Of a stretch of DNA of 64,000 nucleotides, positions 8,864-18,600 are shown piece by piece; positions within the stretch are counted from its first letter, which is position 1; the number at the start of each line of letters is the position of its first letter. Location: NCBI GenBank assembly GCA_963748035.1, contig CAVVHO010000006.1:16176-80175 (forward strand), given 5' to 3'. The notes below the pieces were generated by a model, which was given only the letters and a program-made list of their open reading frames with translations, made no database searches and was not told where the DNA came from. This DNA is from an uncultured Gemmatimonadales bacterium (lineage in GTDB: Bacteria; Gemmatimonadota; Gemmatimonadetes; Gemmatimonadales; GWC2-71-9). A program made the position numbers and the translations under genes.

Positions 8864-8955
8864 CATTGAGGGATTGAGGGAGTGAGGGATTTGAAGTGGC
8901 GCTTCGATCCCTCAATCCCCCAATCCCCCAATCCCAATCAATCCCCGCCTCAATG
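8864..8955. repeat. inverted pair of 8-nt microsatellite arrays (long imperfect hairpin)
   Basis: Left arm cattgagg gattgagg gagtgagg gatttg. Right arm atccctca atccccca atccccca atccca atca atcccc gcctcaatg. The terminal octamers are exact reverse complements. The right terminus contains the HAD ATG. Confidence 0.8.
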
Positions 8956-9576
8956 ACCCTCGCCCCTCCAGTTTCCCTGATCGCGTTCGATCTGGACGGG
9001 GTGCTTTGTGATTTCTATCCGGCTCGCCGCCTTCACTACATCGCCGACCTGACTGGAAAGGACCCCGCCTGGATTCAAGCCGCGACCTGGGATTCTGAGT
9101 TCGAGCGCGCCGCGGAAGCAGGAGCATACCACACGGGCGAGGCGTACCTGGAGGCCTTCAACAAGCATCTTGCCTATGACCTCACCCGGGATCAGTGGGT
9201 GACCGCTCGACGGCTTGCCATGTCGCCTCGGCCGGGCATGCTTGCATTCCTTCAAGCCCTGCGCCCGGTTGTCGATCTGGCGGTACTAACCAACAACGGG
9301 GCACTACTCCGTGACACGCTTCCACTGCTCGCCCCAGAGCTATGCGCTCTCCTCGGTAATGATGTCCACGTCACCTGTGACTTCGGCGCCCGAAAGCCCG
9401 AGCCGCGGGTGTTTACGCGCCTTGTCGAGCACTACCATCTGTCACCAGGCGAGGTCGTCTTCGTCGACGACAGTGTCGCGAATGTCGAGGGCGCTCGAGC
9501 GGCAGGTCTCCACGGCGTGTTGTTTGAAGACATGGCCCAGGTGGTACCGCTGCTCAAGAGTCTTGTGGGTGAATGA
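8953..9576 (+). CDS. HAD-superfamily hydrolase
   Basis: Motif I IAFDLDGVL, later VLTNNG and FVDDS. The ORF-track start at 8896 reads through the repeat arm, so ATG 8953 is preferred. Confidence 0.85.
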   Translation: MTLAPPVSLIAFDLDGVLCDFYPARRLHYIADLTGKDPAWIQAATWDSEFERAAEAGAYHTGEAYLEAFNKHLAYDLTRDQWVTARRLAMSPRPGMLAFLQALRPVVDLAVLTNNGALLRDTLPLLAPELCALLGNDVHVTCDFGARKPEPRVFTRLVEHYHLSPGEVVFVDDSVANVEGARAAGLHGVLFEDMAQVVPLLKSLVGE

Positions 9577-9671
9577 GCGGTGAGCAGGAAGCGGTGAGCA
9601 GTAAGTAACGAGGCGACCAGCCCTTCTGCCATTGCGATGCCTCGTCGCAGTGACAGAAGGGACGCTGCGGC

Positions 9672-10505
9672 TCACTGCGCCTTGGGCGTCGGTGAGGGTG
9701 GCAGCGCGAGCAGCCGACCCCGAAAACTCTGAAATGCCGGAGTGTCCTTCGTCAGCCCCTTGAGCTGGCTTGCCGGGTACTTCGCGATCTGGGCCTCGGT
9801 TGCCTTGATGCGACTCTCCTCGAGCGGATGGCTCGCGAAAAAAGCGTCCAGAGCGCCGGGGTTCGTCTGGCGCTCATTCAACAGGATCTTGAACATTTCC
9901 GGAATGCCGTAGGGCGAGATGCCCGCCTTGATCGTGGTCGCCACCCCTTCCGCATCCGCTTCTGCCTCGTCGGTGCGGCTGAACTTGGCAAACAGCGCGC
10001 TCCCGCCGACACCGATCGCGGCCTGGTTCGCGCCGCTCTCACAGACCTTCGTCAGCGTGCACAGCAGCGATACCCCGACGTTGGCGCCTTCGGCCTGCTG
10101 CATCTGCTGCACGGAATGGCGCCGGGTCACGTGACCGATCTCATGCCCCATGACGCCTGCCAGCTCGCTCATGTTGGTCGCCCGCTCGATGAGTCCGCGA
10201 TTGACGTAGATCCAGCCGCCCGGCAGCGCGAACGCGTTGACTTCTTTGCTGTCGACGACGGTAAAGTGCCAGGTGAGATTGCGGTCATCGGTGACCTTCG
10301 CGAGCTTGTTGCCGAGCTCGGTGACATAACTCACGACCGCGGCATCGTGAATCAGGGGCAACTCCGCGCTGACCTGGGCGGCCGAATTGGCGCCCAGCTC
10401 GACTTCTTGTTGCTGGGAAACCGCGCAGGCGGCGACGAGGACCGCCAACAGGCAGCCCAGGATGTTGCGGCGCGCGGCGCGGATTGTGGAGGCGAAAGGT
10501 CGCAT
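9672..10505 (-). CDS. M48-family Zn metalloprotease (lipoprotein)
   Basis: HEIGHVTRRH zinc motif. Start at the internal MRPFAST...LLAVLVAACA signal/lipobox rather than the ORF-track start at 10649. Confidence 0.9.
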   Translation of the reverse strand: MRPFASTIRAARRNILGCLLAVLVAACAVSQQQEVELGANSAAQVSAELPLIHDAAVVSYVTELGNKLAKVTDDRNLTWHFTVVDSKEVNAFALPGGWIYVNRGLIERATNMSELAGVMGHEIGHVTRRHSVQQMQQAEGANVGVSLLCTLTKVCESGANQAAIGVGGSALFAKFSRTDEAEADAEGVATTIKAGISPYGIPEMFKILLNERQTNPGALDAFFASHPLEESRIKATEAQIAKYPASQLKGLTKDTPAFQSFRGRLLALPPSPTPKAQ

Positions 10506-10679
10506 GGGACAAAGCCCCTTCATGACGAAGACTGAGGTGTGGATCTCCAATAAAGGGTAGCGCGCGCGACTCGCTTGGGGTATCACTCTTTGGATGGGGT
10601 CGGAGGTCGCGGCCATCGGCGCACCCGGCGCCGCTGACCGGGTTTCCAATAAGTAGGCCGGAAGGGAGAGTCTCCCCTG

Positions 10680-11189
10680 ATGTCAGACACGACGGTCTCA
10701 TCTACCACCGTGAACATTCCGTTGGCTGCTCCGCTGCCAATCTTTCTGGACCGACTACGTGCAGCCACAGTCCCTCCCAATTGGCTCGAAGGGCTCGTCA
10801 CTCCGTACATGCACTGCGAGATCGGCCATCAGGAGCTCTACCTTCGCCGCAGCCACACCTTCCGGAGCCTCGGCACGGTCGGGTTTCGGGCGCGCCTGGA
10901 CCTTCAGGCGCGGCAGCTTACTGGTGTCTTTGAGCGCACCATCGCCGGCACGGTGTTCCTGGCACTCTGGGCAATCTTCTGGCTTACGCTAATGGTGCTC
11001 ACGCTTCTGAAGCACGCTCAATCCCCCGACGCCACCCAGAGCCCGCCCCTCGGCGCGGTGATCACGGTCTGCCTTGCCTGCGTTGGCCTGGTACCATTCT
11101 TGGCGAGGGCACCCAGAAACGATCGGCATCCACAGCGCCGTTGGATTATGAACGTCCTCCGGCACGCGGCGGGAGCGCCCGCGGCCTAA
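10680..11189 (+). CDS. hypothetical membrane protein
   Basis: 169 aa with two C-terminal hydrophobic helices. No family recognised. Confidence 0.45.
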   Translation: MSDTTVSSTTVNIPLAAPLPIFLDRLRAATVPPNWLEGLVTPYMHCEIGHQELYLRRSHTFRSLGTVGFRARLDLQARQLTGVFERTIAGTVFLALWAIFWLTLMVLTLLKHAQSPDATQSPPLGAVITVCLACVGLVPFLARAPRNDRHPQRRWIMNVLRHAAGAPAA

Positions 11190-11307
11190 CCGAGCGGTGC
11201 CGCCGAGAAGGCGGTTGGGCTTCCGGCTGTAAGGTATCAGAAGCGACAGTCATTGGATCACGACCCGCTTCCTGGATCACGCGCTGTATGGATTGCTGGA
11301 GCCGGAC

Positions 11308-11452
11308 GAGAGAGGAGAGAAGTGAGCAGTGTGAAGTGAGAGGTGAGACGTGAGAAGTGAAGGTCTTGGACGAGACAATGCAGCCAGGCAAACGGCCACG
11401 GCGCGGGTGCATCTCACTGCTTCCCTCTTCCTTCTCACTTCTTACCTCTCGC
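11308..11452. repeat. inverted purine-rich / pyrimidine-rich GTGAG-type arrays (long imperfect hairpin)
   Basis: Left arm gagagaggagagaagtgagcagtgtgaagtgagaggtgagacgtgagaagtgaagg (11308-11363). Right arm catctcactgcttccctcttccttctcacttcttacctctcgc (11410-11452). The outer ends pair at 17 of 20 positions. Confidence 0.75.
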
Positions 11453-11505
11453 GTTATGCTATGATCGGTCCGTTCGACGGCGCCTACCCCTCTGAAGGTC
11501 CACCC

Positions 11506-12219
11506 ATGGCGAGAGAAACCAGCGCTTCCTCCAGCACCACGCGGCGGCCATACTATGCCCCAGTGGCCTTGGCGGCGCTCCTGCTGGTTATCGCCGGTTT
11601 TGCGCGGACCTACTATCTCAAGACACTGTTCGACACACCAACCCTGCCTCCCCTGGTTCACCTGCACGGCGCGGTGATGACCGGCTGGTTTGCGCTCCTC
11701 TTCATCCAGGCCAGCCTCATCGCGACACACCGCACAGCGGTACACCAACGTCTCGGCATCCTCGGAGCCGTGTGGGCGCTGCTGGTTGTGACGGTCGGCG
11801 CGGCCACAGCTATTCACGCCGCACGCCGGGGTTTCACTCCGGGGCCTCCGCCACTCGTATTCCTAGTGGTCCCGCTGATGGATCTGGTCGTCTTCGGTTC
11901 GTTGACCGGGGCAGCCCTCTTGTATCGTCGGCGTCCCGAATTTCACCGTCGACTGATGTTGTTAGGAAGTCTGGGCATCCTTGCTCCAGCCATTGCACGC
12001 CTGCCCGTCGAACCTATCCACAGCGGAGGGCTTCCCGTCATCTTCGGGCTCATGGTGCTCTGCGCTGTCGCCTGCGTCGCCTTTGACACCTGGCGGCACC
12101 GCCGCCTCCACCCCGCTTTCGGATGGGGACTGCTGGTCGTCGTCGGTTCGATTCCGCTGCGGATCGCGCTGGCCGGCACGGCGGCCTGGCAGCGCTTTGC
12201 AGCGTGGCTTATCGCCTAG
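11506..12219 (+). CDS. polytopic membrane protein, unknown function
   Basis: Starts at internal MARETSASS. About six hydrophobic helices. The upstream part of ORF 11350 is the repeat element. Confidence 0.6.
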   Translation: MARETSASSSTTRRPYYAPVALAALLLVIAGFARTYYLKTLFDTPTLPPLVHLHGAVMTGWFALLFIQASLIATHRTAVHQRLGILGAVWALLVVTVGAATAIHAARRGFTPGPPPLVFLVVPLMDLVVFGSLTGAALLYRRRPEFHRRLMLLGSLGILAPAIARLPVEPIHSGGLPVIFGLMVLCAVACVAFDTWRHRRLHPAFGWGLLVVVGSIPLRIALAGTAAWQRFAAWLIA

Positions 12220-12395
12220 CTGCAGCAGATATGGGGTGGTGAGTCGATTCCAGGTGACGATTGGCACGTTCGTCCAGACGCAAGCCGCCCAACGGGGAGA
12301 AGTATGCGGGTCAGCTCCGGGAATAGTCCTTGTGCGCCACTCGCCGGCCGCGGCCTGAGCAACTGGCTCTTGCCGCGCCGCCATCATACCTGCCT

Positions 12396-12722
12396 ATGAC
12401 GACGATCTCGAAAGACAACAAGCTGGTTACGATCATCAATGTCTTCACGGTCGAACCCGCACAGCAGCAGCAGGTCCTTGATTTGCTCACCCAGGCCACC
12501 GAGTCCAGCGTGCGGCATGGATCGGGGTTCATTTCGGCCACCCTCCATCGCAGCGTGGACGGCACCAAGGTCGCCATGTACGCCCAGTGGCGGAGCGCAG
12601 AGGAGTACCGAGAGATGCGCAACGATCCAGACGCGCTCCCTTATCTGTTACAGGCTGTAGCGCTGGCCAAGTTTGATCCGGGGATCTACGAAGTCGTCGC
12701 GACCTACTCCCACGAGGGTTAA
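12396..12722 (+). CDS. antibiotic-biosynthesis-monooxygenase (ABM) domain protein
   Basis: MTTISKDNKLVTIINVFTVEPAQQQQVLDLL...YAQWRSAEEYREM is a typical ABM ferredoxin-like fold sequence. Confidence 0.8.
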   Translation: MTTISKDNKLVTIINVFTVEPAQQQQVLDLLTQATESSVRHGSGFISATLHRSVDGTKVAMYAQWRSAEEYREMRNDPDALPYLLQAVALAKFDPGIYEVVATYSHEG

Positions 12723-12770
12723 GCCACCGCATTGGGCCATCGGTCTTGCAACCGAGCTCGGCACTGAAGC

Positions 12771-13073
12771 ATGAACGCGAGCGTTGAAGTACGTAGCGTG
12801 TTCATGCTGAAGGGGCGGGGCGCGGTTGCCATAGGCTATCTCCGCCAAGGCGCCGTGCGGGTCGGCCAGCAGACCCAACCGCTGGCGCTCGGTACCGGAC
12901 CGCTTCAGGTTCTCACGCTTGCGGCGGTGGAGATCGTGCATGCGGTCGAGGGCGGCAAGGATGCGCTAGGGCTCGTGTTCCGCGAACGACCCTCGCTCGA
13001 CGCGCTACGAACTGCGCTCGCGGCCGGCATGATGCTCCACTGTTCGGATGCAGCGGTCGACGGCGACGTTTGA
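12771..13073 (+). CDS. hypothetical protein
   Basis: 100-aa ORF. No family recognised. Same frame as the following gene, separated from it by TGA 13071-13073. Confidence 0.35.
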   Translation: MNASVEVRSVFMLKGRGAVAIGYLRQGAVRVGQQTQPLALGTGPLQVLTLAAVEIVHAVEGGKDALGLVFRERPSLDALRTALAAGMMLHCSDAAVDGDV

Positions 13074-13094
13074 CGCCCTTTCTCAGGAGCCAAT

Positions 13095-14006
13095 ATCGTC
13101 ATCCTGGATGAAGCCGCCGTCCAGCGGCTGCTCCGCTTTGAGGATCTCATTCCCGCCACGGGGAAGGCGCTGGCCGAGCTATCCGCGGGTCGCGTGGTGC
13201 AACCGGTGCGAACGGTCCTGTCCATTGCCGCTCACCGCGGCTTCTTTGGCGTCATGCCGGCCTACGCGGGACCGCTCGGCGCCAAGCTGGTCACCTTCTA
13301 CCCTCATAACGAGGGGATCCCGACCCATCATGCCGTCATCCTGCTGTTCCGTCCGGAGACTGGAGAGCCGCTCGCCATGTTGGATGGCCGGCTAATCACC
13401 GAGATGCGGACCGCAGCCGCTTCGGCGGTCGCGACTCAGCTGCTGGCCCGATCCGAAGCCTCGGTCCTCGCGATCCTCGGGTCCGGCGTCCAGGCCCTGA
13501 GCCATTTGCAGGCACTCGCGCTGGTACGTCCGCTGCAGGAGGTGCGTGTCTGGAGTCCACGCAATGCCCCAGCGTTCGCCGCACGGCACGGGGTGAAGGC
13601 CGCCGCCTCACCCGAAGAGGCGGTGCGCGGCGCCGACCTGGTGGTCGTCGCCACGAGTTCGCGGACGCCGGTGTTGTATGGCAGATGGCTCTCGCCCGGT
13701 ACCCATGTAAACGCCGTGGGTGCCACACGACCGGACTGGCGAGAGCTCGACGACGACGTGGTGACGCGCGCTCGGATGTACGTCGACTCCAGGGAGGCCG
13801 CTGGTCAGGAATCCGGGGACGTGATGGCCGCGCGCGATGTCGTGGGGGAAATCGGTGAGGTGGTCTCCGGCGCCAAGCCAGGCCGGCGCTCGGCCGCTGA
13901 GATCACGCTCTTCAAGTCAGTCGGGGTCGCGGTCGAGGACGTCGCCGCCGCCGCCCTGGTCTACAACGCAGCCCAAAGGACAACGAGCAATGTCCACGAC
14001 GCTTGA
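13095..14006 (+). CDS. ornithine cyclodeaminase / mu-crystallin family protein (start codon uncertain)
   Basis: The conserved N-terminus IVILDEAAVQRLLRFEDLIPATGKALAELSAGRVVQPVR lies upstream of the first canonical start (GTG 13194). AGGAG at 13085-13089 is followed 5 nt later by ATC 13095. Rossmann block AILGSGVQA. Confidence 0.8.
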   Translation: MVILDEAAVQRLLRFEDLIPATGKALAELSAGRVVQPVRTVLSIAAHRGFFGVMPAYAGPLGAKLVTFYPHNEGIPTHHAVILLFRPETGEPLAMLDGRLITEMRTAAASAVATQLLARSEASVLAILGSGVQALSHLQALALVRPLQEVRVWSPRNAPAFAARHGVKAAASPEEAVRGADLVVVATSSRTPVLYGRWLSPGTHVNAVGATRPDWRELDDDVVTRARMYVDSREAAGQESGDVMAARDVVGEIGEVVSGAKPGRRSAAEITLFKSVGVAVEDVAAAALVYNAAQRTTSNVHDA

Positions 14007-14955
14007 AGCTGTCCGTCCCATCGAACTGGCGGAGATACGAGCGGCGCGCCAGCGCATCGCGGGGACGATCGTGCGGACGCCACTGGTCCGACTGGAGTTG
14101 GGCGCAGGTTACCCGGAGATTCGCCTCAAGCTCGAGAACCTGCAGCCAATCAACGCCTACAAGCTGCGGGGTGCCGCCAATGCTGTGGCCATGTTGTCCG
14201 AGTCCGAGCGCCAACGCGGCGTGTGGACAATCAGTGCGGGCAATGCCGGCCAAGGTGTTGCCTACGCGGCGCGACAAGCGGGCGTGCCGTGTACGGTGGT
14301 TGTGATCGAAACGGCGCCGGCCTCGAAGATTGAACGCATGAGGGCGCTCGGCGCCAAACTCATTCCGGTGCCCTATCCGGTCGCGTGGAAGGCTCTCGAG
14401 GAGCGGTCGTTTGCCGGAACAGAAGGCACGTTCATCCATCCGTTCGACGATCACAATTTTATTGCCGGTCATGCCACAATGGGATTGGAGATTCTCGAGG
14501 ACGCACCAGACACGGCCGCGGTCATTGCCGGCATTGGCGGCGGTGGACTCATCACCGGCGTCGGGAGCGCCATCAAGGCCCTCAAGCCATCGGTCAAGAT
14601 CTGGGGCGCGGAGCCTGAGACCGCCGCTCCCGCGGCGCTGTCGTTCACCATGGGATCTCCGCAGGTGTTCACGGAATGGCAGGCGTCGTTCGTCGATGGC
14701 GCCGGGGGCCAGAGTCTGTTCCCGCGCATGTGGCAACGCATGAAACCAGTGGTGGATGGCTGCATCGTGGTGAGCCTGGAGGAGACAAAACGCGCGATGC
14801 GGCTCATGGCGGATAAGGCGCGGGTGATCTCGGAGGGCGCGGGAGCCCTGCCCCTGGCGGCTGCGTTGACGGGGAAAGCCGGCCAAGACCCGATCGTGGC
14901 GATCGTTTCTGGCGGCAACATCGACCTGAAGAAGTTTTCAGACCTTATCGGCTAG
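13990..14955 (+). CDS. PLP-dependent threonine/serine dehydratase family protein
   Basis: Internal start MSTTLEAV. PLP-lysine motif NAYKLRGA and glycine loop GIGGGGLITG. Overlaps the preceding gene by 17 nt. Confidence 0.9.
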   Translation: MSTTLEAVRPIELAEIRAARQRIAGTIVRTPLVRLELGAGYPEIRLKLENLQPINAYKLRGAANAVAMLSESERQRGVWTISAGNAGQGVAYAARQAGVPCTVVVIETAPASKIERMRALGAKLIPVPYPVAWKALEERSFAGTEGTFIHPFDDHNFIAGHATMGLEILEDAPDTAAVIAGIGGGGLITGVGSAIKALKPSVKIWGAEPETAAPAALSFTMGSPQVFTEWQASFVDGAGGQSLFPRMWQRMKPVVDGCIVVSLEETKRAMRLMADKARVISEGAGALPLAAALTGKAGQDPIVAIVSGGNIDLKKFSDLIG

Positions 14956-15131
14956 TGCTTGATACTTGACCCCTCTGCCCATACTCGCTCTTTAGAGCGA
15001 GAACGATCGATAGTATTCCCCCCTCCGACCCGACATCTTCCCACAGCAATGCGTCTCCCGCTTTCGGCGGGGACGACCTGCGCACCTGGCGCAGTGAACG
15101 TCGGAGTACAGCTCACCCGCGGAGGCAGCAG

Positions 15132-15650
15132 ATGGACGACAGCAAAGTGGCCGAGGACGAAGCGCGCCGAGTGGCGCAGCATGCGTCGGTCAAGTCGCAG
15201 ATTGAGGGCAATGTGAATGCCGAGATCAAGGGGCAGGCCCGGACGGCATCGCCAGAGCAGGCGGAACGGGTGGGCCAAGTTGCGGCAAACTTGCGGGGGC
15301 GGGCCCTCGACGAGACCGTGGCCTCCGAACATGCAGTGGCGCGGTCCCGGGGCGCCGCGCGGACTTCGCAGTTTGTAGACTACGCCTTCTACGTCATCTA
15401 CGCCCTGTTGGGAATTCGCCTGGTGCTGGCGCTAATCGCCGCACGGTCGACCAGCGGTTTCGTGCAGTTCATCAACGGGGTGACCTACCCGTTGTACATG
15501 CCGTTTCGCGGGATCGTGCCCAGTCCGACGACGGAAGGCGGCTTTACCCTGGCGCTCCCGATCGTGATCGCGATCGGGGTCTACATGCTTCTGCATGTTG
15601 GCATCAACGGCTTGCTGCGGCTCGCCGCCCAGAGGAAGACCACGATTTGA
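15132..15650 (+). CDS. membrane protein with YggT-like C-terminal region
   Basis: 172 aa. Charged N-terminal half, then FVDYAFYVIYALLGIRLVLALI...YPLYMPFRGIVP and a second helix. Confidence 0.5.
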   Translation: MDDSKVAEDEARRVAQHASVKSQIEGNVNAEIKGQARTASPEQAERVGQVAANLRGRALDETVASEHAVARSRGAARTSQFVDYAFYVIYALLGIRLVLALIAARSTSGFVQFINGVTYPLYMPFRGIVPSPTTEGGFTLALPIVIAIGVYMLLHVGINGLLRLAAQRKTTI

Positions 15651-18600
15651 CCGCTACGGGACGGTGAATGGGATCGGCGCCGATGGTGCCGACGAGCGAC
15701 TTCAGGTAATCGAGGTCGCTCACTCGTTCCAGTTCGGTGCGGGCGTGCTCGAGCCGCTCGGCGATGCCCAGCCGCTCGGCCTCCTCGCGATGCCCCGTTC
15801 GTGCCAGGAACTCAGTCAAGCTCTGAGTGTGTCGTTCCCAGAGCGCCACATCGCGCTGTTGCTTGACCACAAGCCGCTCCTGATACCAGTCGCTTGCGAG
15901 CAGCGCCTCTCGTGTAAAGAGCGCGCGAATCTTGGGATGGCTGGCGTCTCTGCCCTCGTAGTGCCCTCGCGCCATGATATGCAGCAGCGCCTTGAGCGGC
16001 GGGCAGGCGTCTTCGATCGTGCCGTCGGTGAAGTACGCTTCCGCCACCCGTTGCTGTGCCTCCACGATATTGTTGACCCCATCGGCGAACACCGCCGGGT
16101 CCTGGATCTCGGGCTTCAGGATCTCCTCGGTGAAGACGGCGGTAGGATTGTCGAACACCCGCCCGAAGAAGTTGTGCACGAACTTGGCCGTGATGCGATA
16201 GCCGAGCCGGCTGGCGAGGATCTTCGCCCCGTCAAATTCGTAGTCCTCGAGCTTCTCCAGGTGCCCGGCCTCGATGAGCCGCTTCGGATCGCGCTCATGG
16301 GGAAAGAGGCGGCACCAGATCTCCGGAATCAGCAGGCTGATGTCGTGGTCCACTCGTAGGTGCGGTCCGATGAAACCCGCGGCCGAGCTGAAGCCCGCGT
16401 ACCCGGTGAGCAGCATGGAGACCAGAGCGTTATTGAGATCGGCGGTCGCGGCGAGGGCGTTGAACGGCCCTTTCGTGAGTGCACCCTCCGACCCCGCCCC
16501 CGTGGTGCTCGGGGAGGTTCCGGTCAGCGAGCACACGTAGTCCATGAACAGCTCAGGCAACTCCTGATAATGGATGGGGCCGTACACGCACAGCGGACGG
16601 CTCCCGTCGTCGGGCCGGTTGTTGCGGCGACCCGAGAGGACGCTGATCACCGGGAAGATGACCGGCGCGTGCAAGCGGCAGCCGGCGGTTGAGCCTGGCG
16701 CCCATCTCCGCGACGTACCGGTCGCGGGGTCGCGCGACGTCCGGTCGCACCTGCAGGTAGCGCGGATTCTTGGTGCGCTTGCCGGCGACGATCCGCGGCT
16801 CGGCCGAGCAGATCGAATAGCCAGCGTCGCTGCGCGCGGCGTTCCGAGCGACGTGCTCGCGCATTGGTTCCGTGAATGCGTCGTGCACGGCCACGTCCTC
16901 GACGAGCCGCCGGGCGTCCTCCCGGGTGAGCGGCTGAAAATTCGAGCAGAAGAGCCCGGGACCTGCCATGTCCTCCTCGGTCTGCCGGTCGAGACCCGGA
17001 TGGATCGCGTCGTCAGGCCGTTGAAAGAGCCGGAACTCGCAATTCTGGGCCAGCTTGAGGCTCGGGTGTCCGTCGTATTCACCCGGGAGCCCAACCAGCC
17101 GGCGCGCCGGGACCACGACCGAGGCAGTGATGTCGTCCTCCATCTGTACCTTGTCGGCCGCGACGAAATCCTGCCGCAGCTTGTAGGTCCGCCAGGCGCC
17201 GTTCTCCTGTCGCCCGATGCGCAGGTAATTCGCGACCAGCCGCCGGCCCTCGAACTTCAACTCGTGCCCCGGTGCCCCGTTGATGATGTCGACGCTGAAA
17301 TGGCGCAGCCAGTCATCACCCCATTCCGGCCGGTAGAAGCGCTTGATCACGAACACCAGCGCGCGGACATAGTTCGGGATGCTCTCGAGCCAGGCGTTGT
17401 GCTCCGGGGTGAACTCCGCGGGATTGGGCGTGAGCAGCTTGATCACCGAGCCCAGTGAGCGATCGGGAGACAGGAACGGCCGCGTGGGGTCGCGACCATC
17501 GCTCGCGCGCGGCTCGGGCAAGCGTACATCCTCGTAGTCGCGGTCGATGATCTCCTGCACCAGCGCCATGTCATCCTCGAAGCTCCGCACGTAAAACGAC
17601 CCGGGCAGCACGGCATCGACCAGGCTCTTGCTGATCTCCGATTTGCCACCGCCCGAGACCGTGCAGGGCTTGTGGCAGAAGGCGCCCTCCGGAACCGTTC
17701 CGATCAACCGCCAGCTCGGCGCCGTGTGGTGTTTGGCCATGCGGATCTTGTAGCCGCTCGGGTGGATGTAGATGCGGCCGGGCAAGAGCTTGAGATGTTG
17801 TTCCTGGCCGTCGCTGACCCACTTCACGTCCTGGTGGGTTGCGTCGATCTCCATGTCCTCCGGCATATAGTGGATTTCGGGATAGATCGCGTCGGTCGCG
17901 TAGCCCGATGCGTGGAACTTCGCGCGTACGCCCAGCAGCCCGAGCACTTCGGCGAGTCGATGGTTTGCGCTCACGATCCGCACCAGATCCGGGAGAAAGC
18001 GGTCGCCTAGATTGAAGGTGGCGAAGGCCAGGGCCCCGCCCGCGTGCTCCTCCTCCGCCAGACCGAACAGATTCGCGCTGTACCCGATCTGAGTCTTGAC
18101 CTCTTTCTTGCAGTACCCGAAATAGTTATCGGCGAGGATCGTGACCATCACGCCATCCATGCCGCGTGAGGTGACCTTGAACGGGCTGCCGTTGTTGTAC
18201 AACTCGTGCTCGTTCGCCCAGCACATGCCCGCGGCGCGCTGGGCATCGGTGGCCCGGCTCACGTGTGGCAGACCGACGTCCTTCTTGCGCAGCCGAGTGA
18301 GGTGGGGAGCCAGGATGACGCAGCCGCTGTGCCCGGTCCATCGGTCCACGTCGAGCGCGGCGTCGATGCCCGGCAGGTAGGGATCTCCGGCATTGCCGAA
18401 AATGCTTTCCACGAAGTCCAGGTTCGACACCAGCCCACCGGGAGCAAAGAATCGTACCTCCATGCGCTTTTCCGGCGACACCTTGGGGACCTCGGGACAC
18501 ACTAGCGGCCGAAGCAGCAGGGAAACCATACTCTCAACCGGCTCGGGCCATTGAGCGGCGAACGGCAAACGCATGAGGTCGGGCGGAGGGCGCAACGCTT

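Noticed and set aside
12135-12160. GGTTCGATTCCG, a tRNA T-loop-like string.
   Set aside because: It lies inside a well-behaved membrane protein ORF (codes ...VVGSIPLRIA...). There is no acceptor stem or anticodon arm around it.
13071-13073. In-frame TGA between ORF 12771-13073 and the OCD-family gene, considered as selenocysteine or read-through making one fusion protein.
   Set aside because: An SD (AGGAG) follows the TGA. The upstream ORF has no relation to OCD proteins, I saw no SECIS-like stem immediately downstream, and OCD N-termini normally begin exactly where the downstream homology begins.
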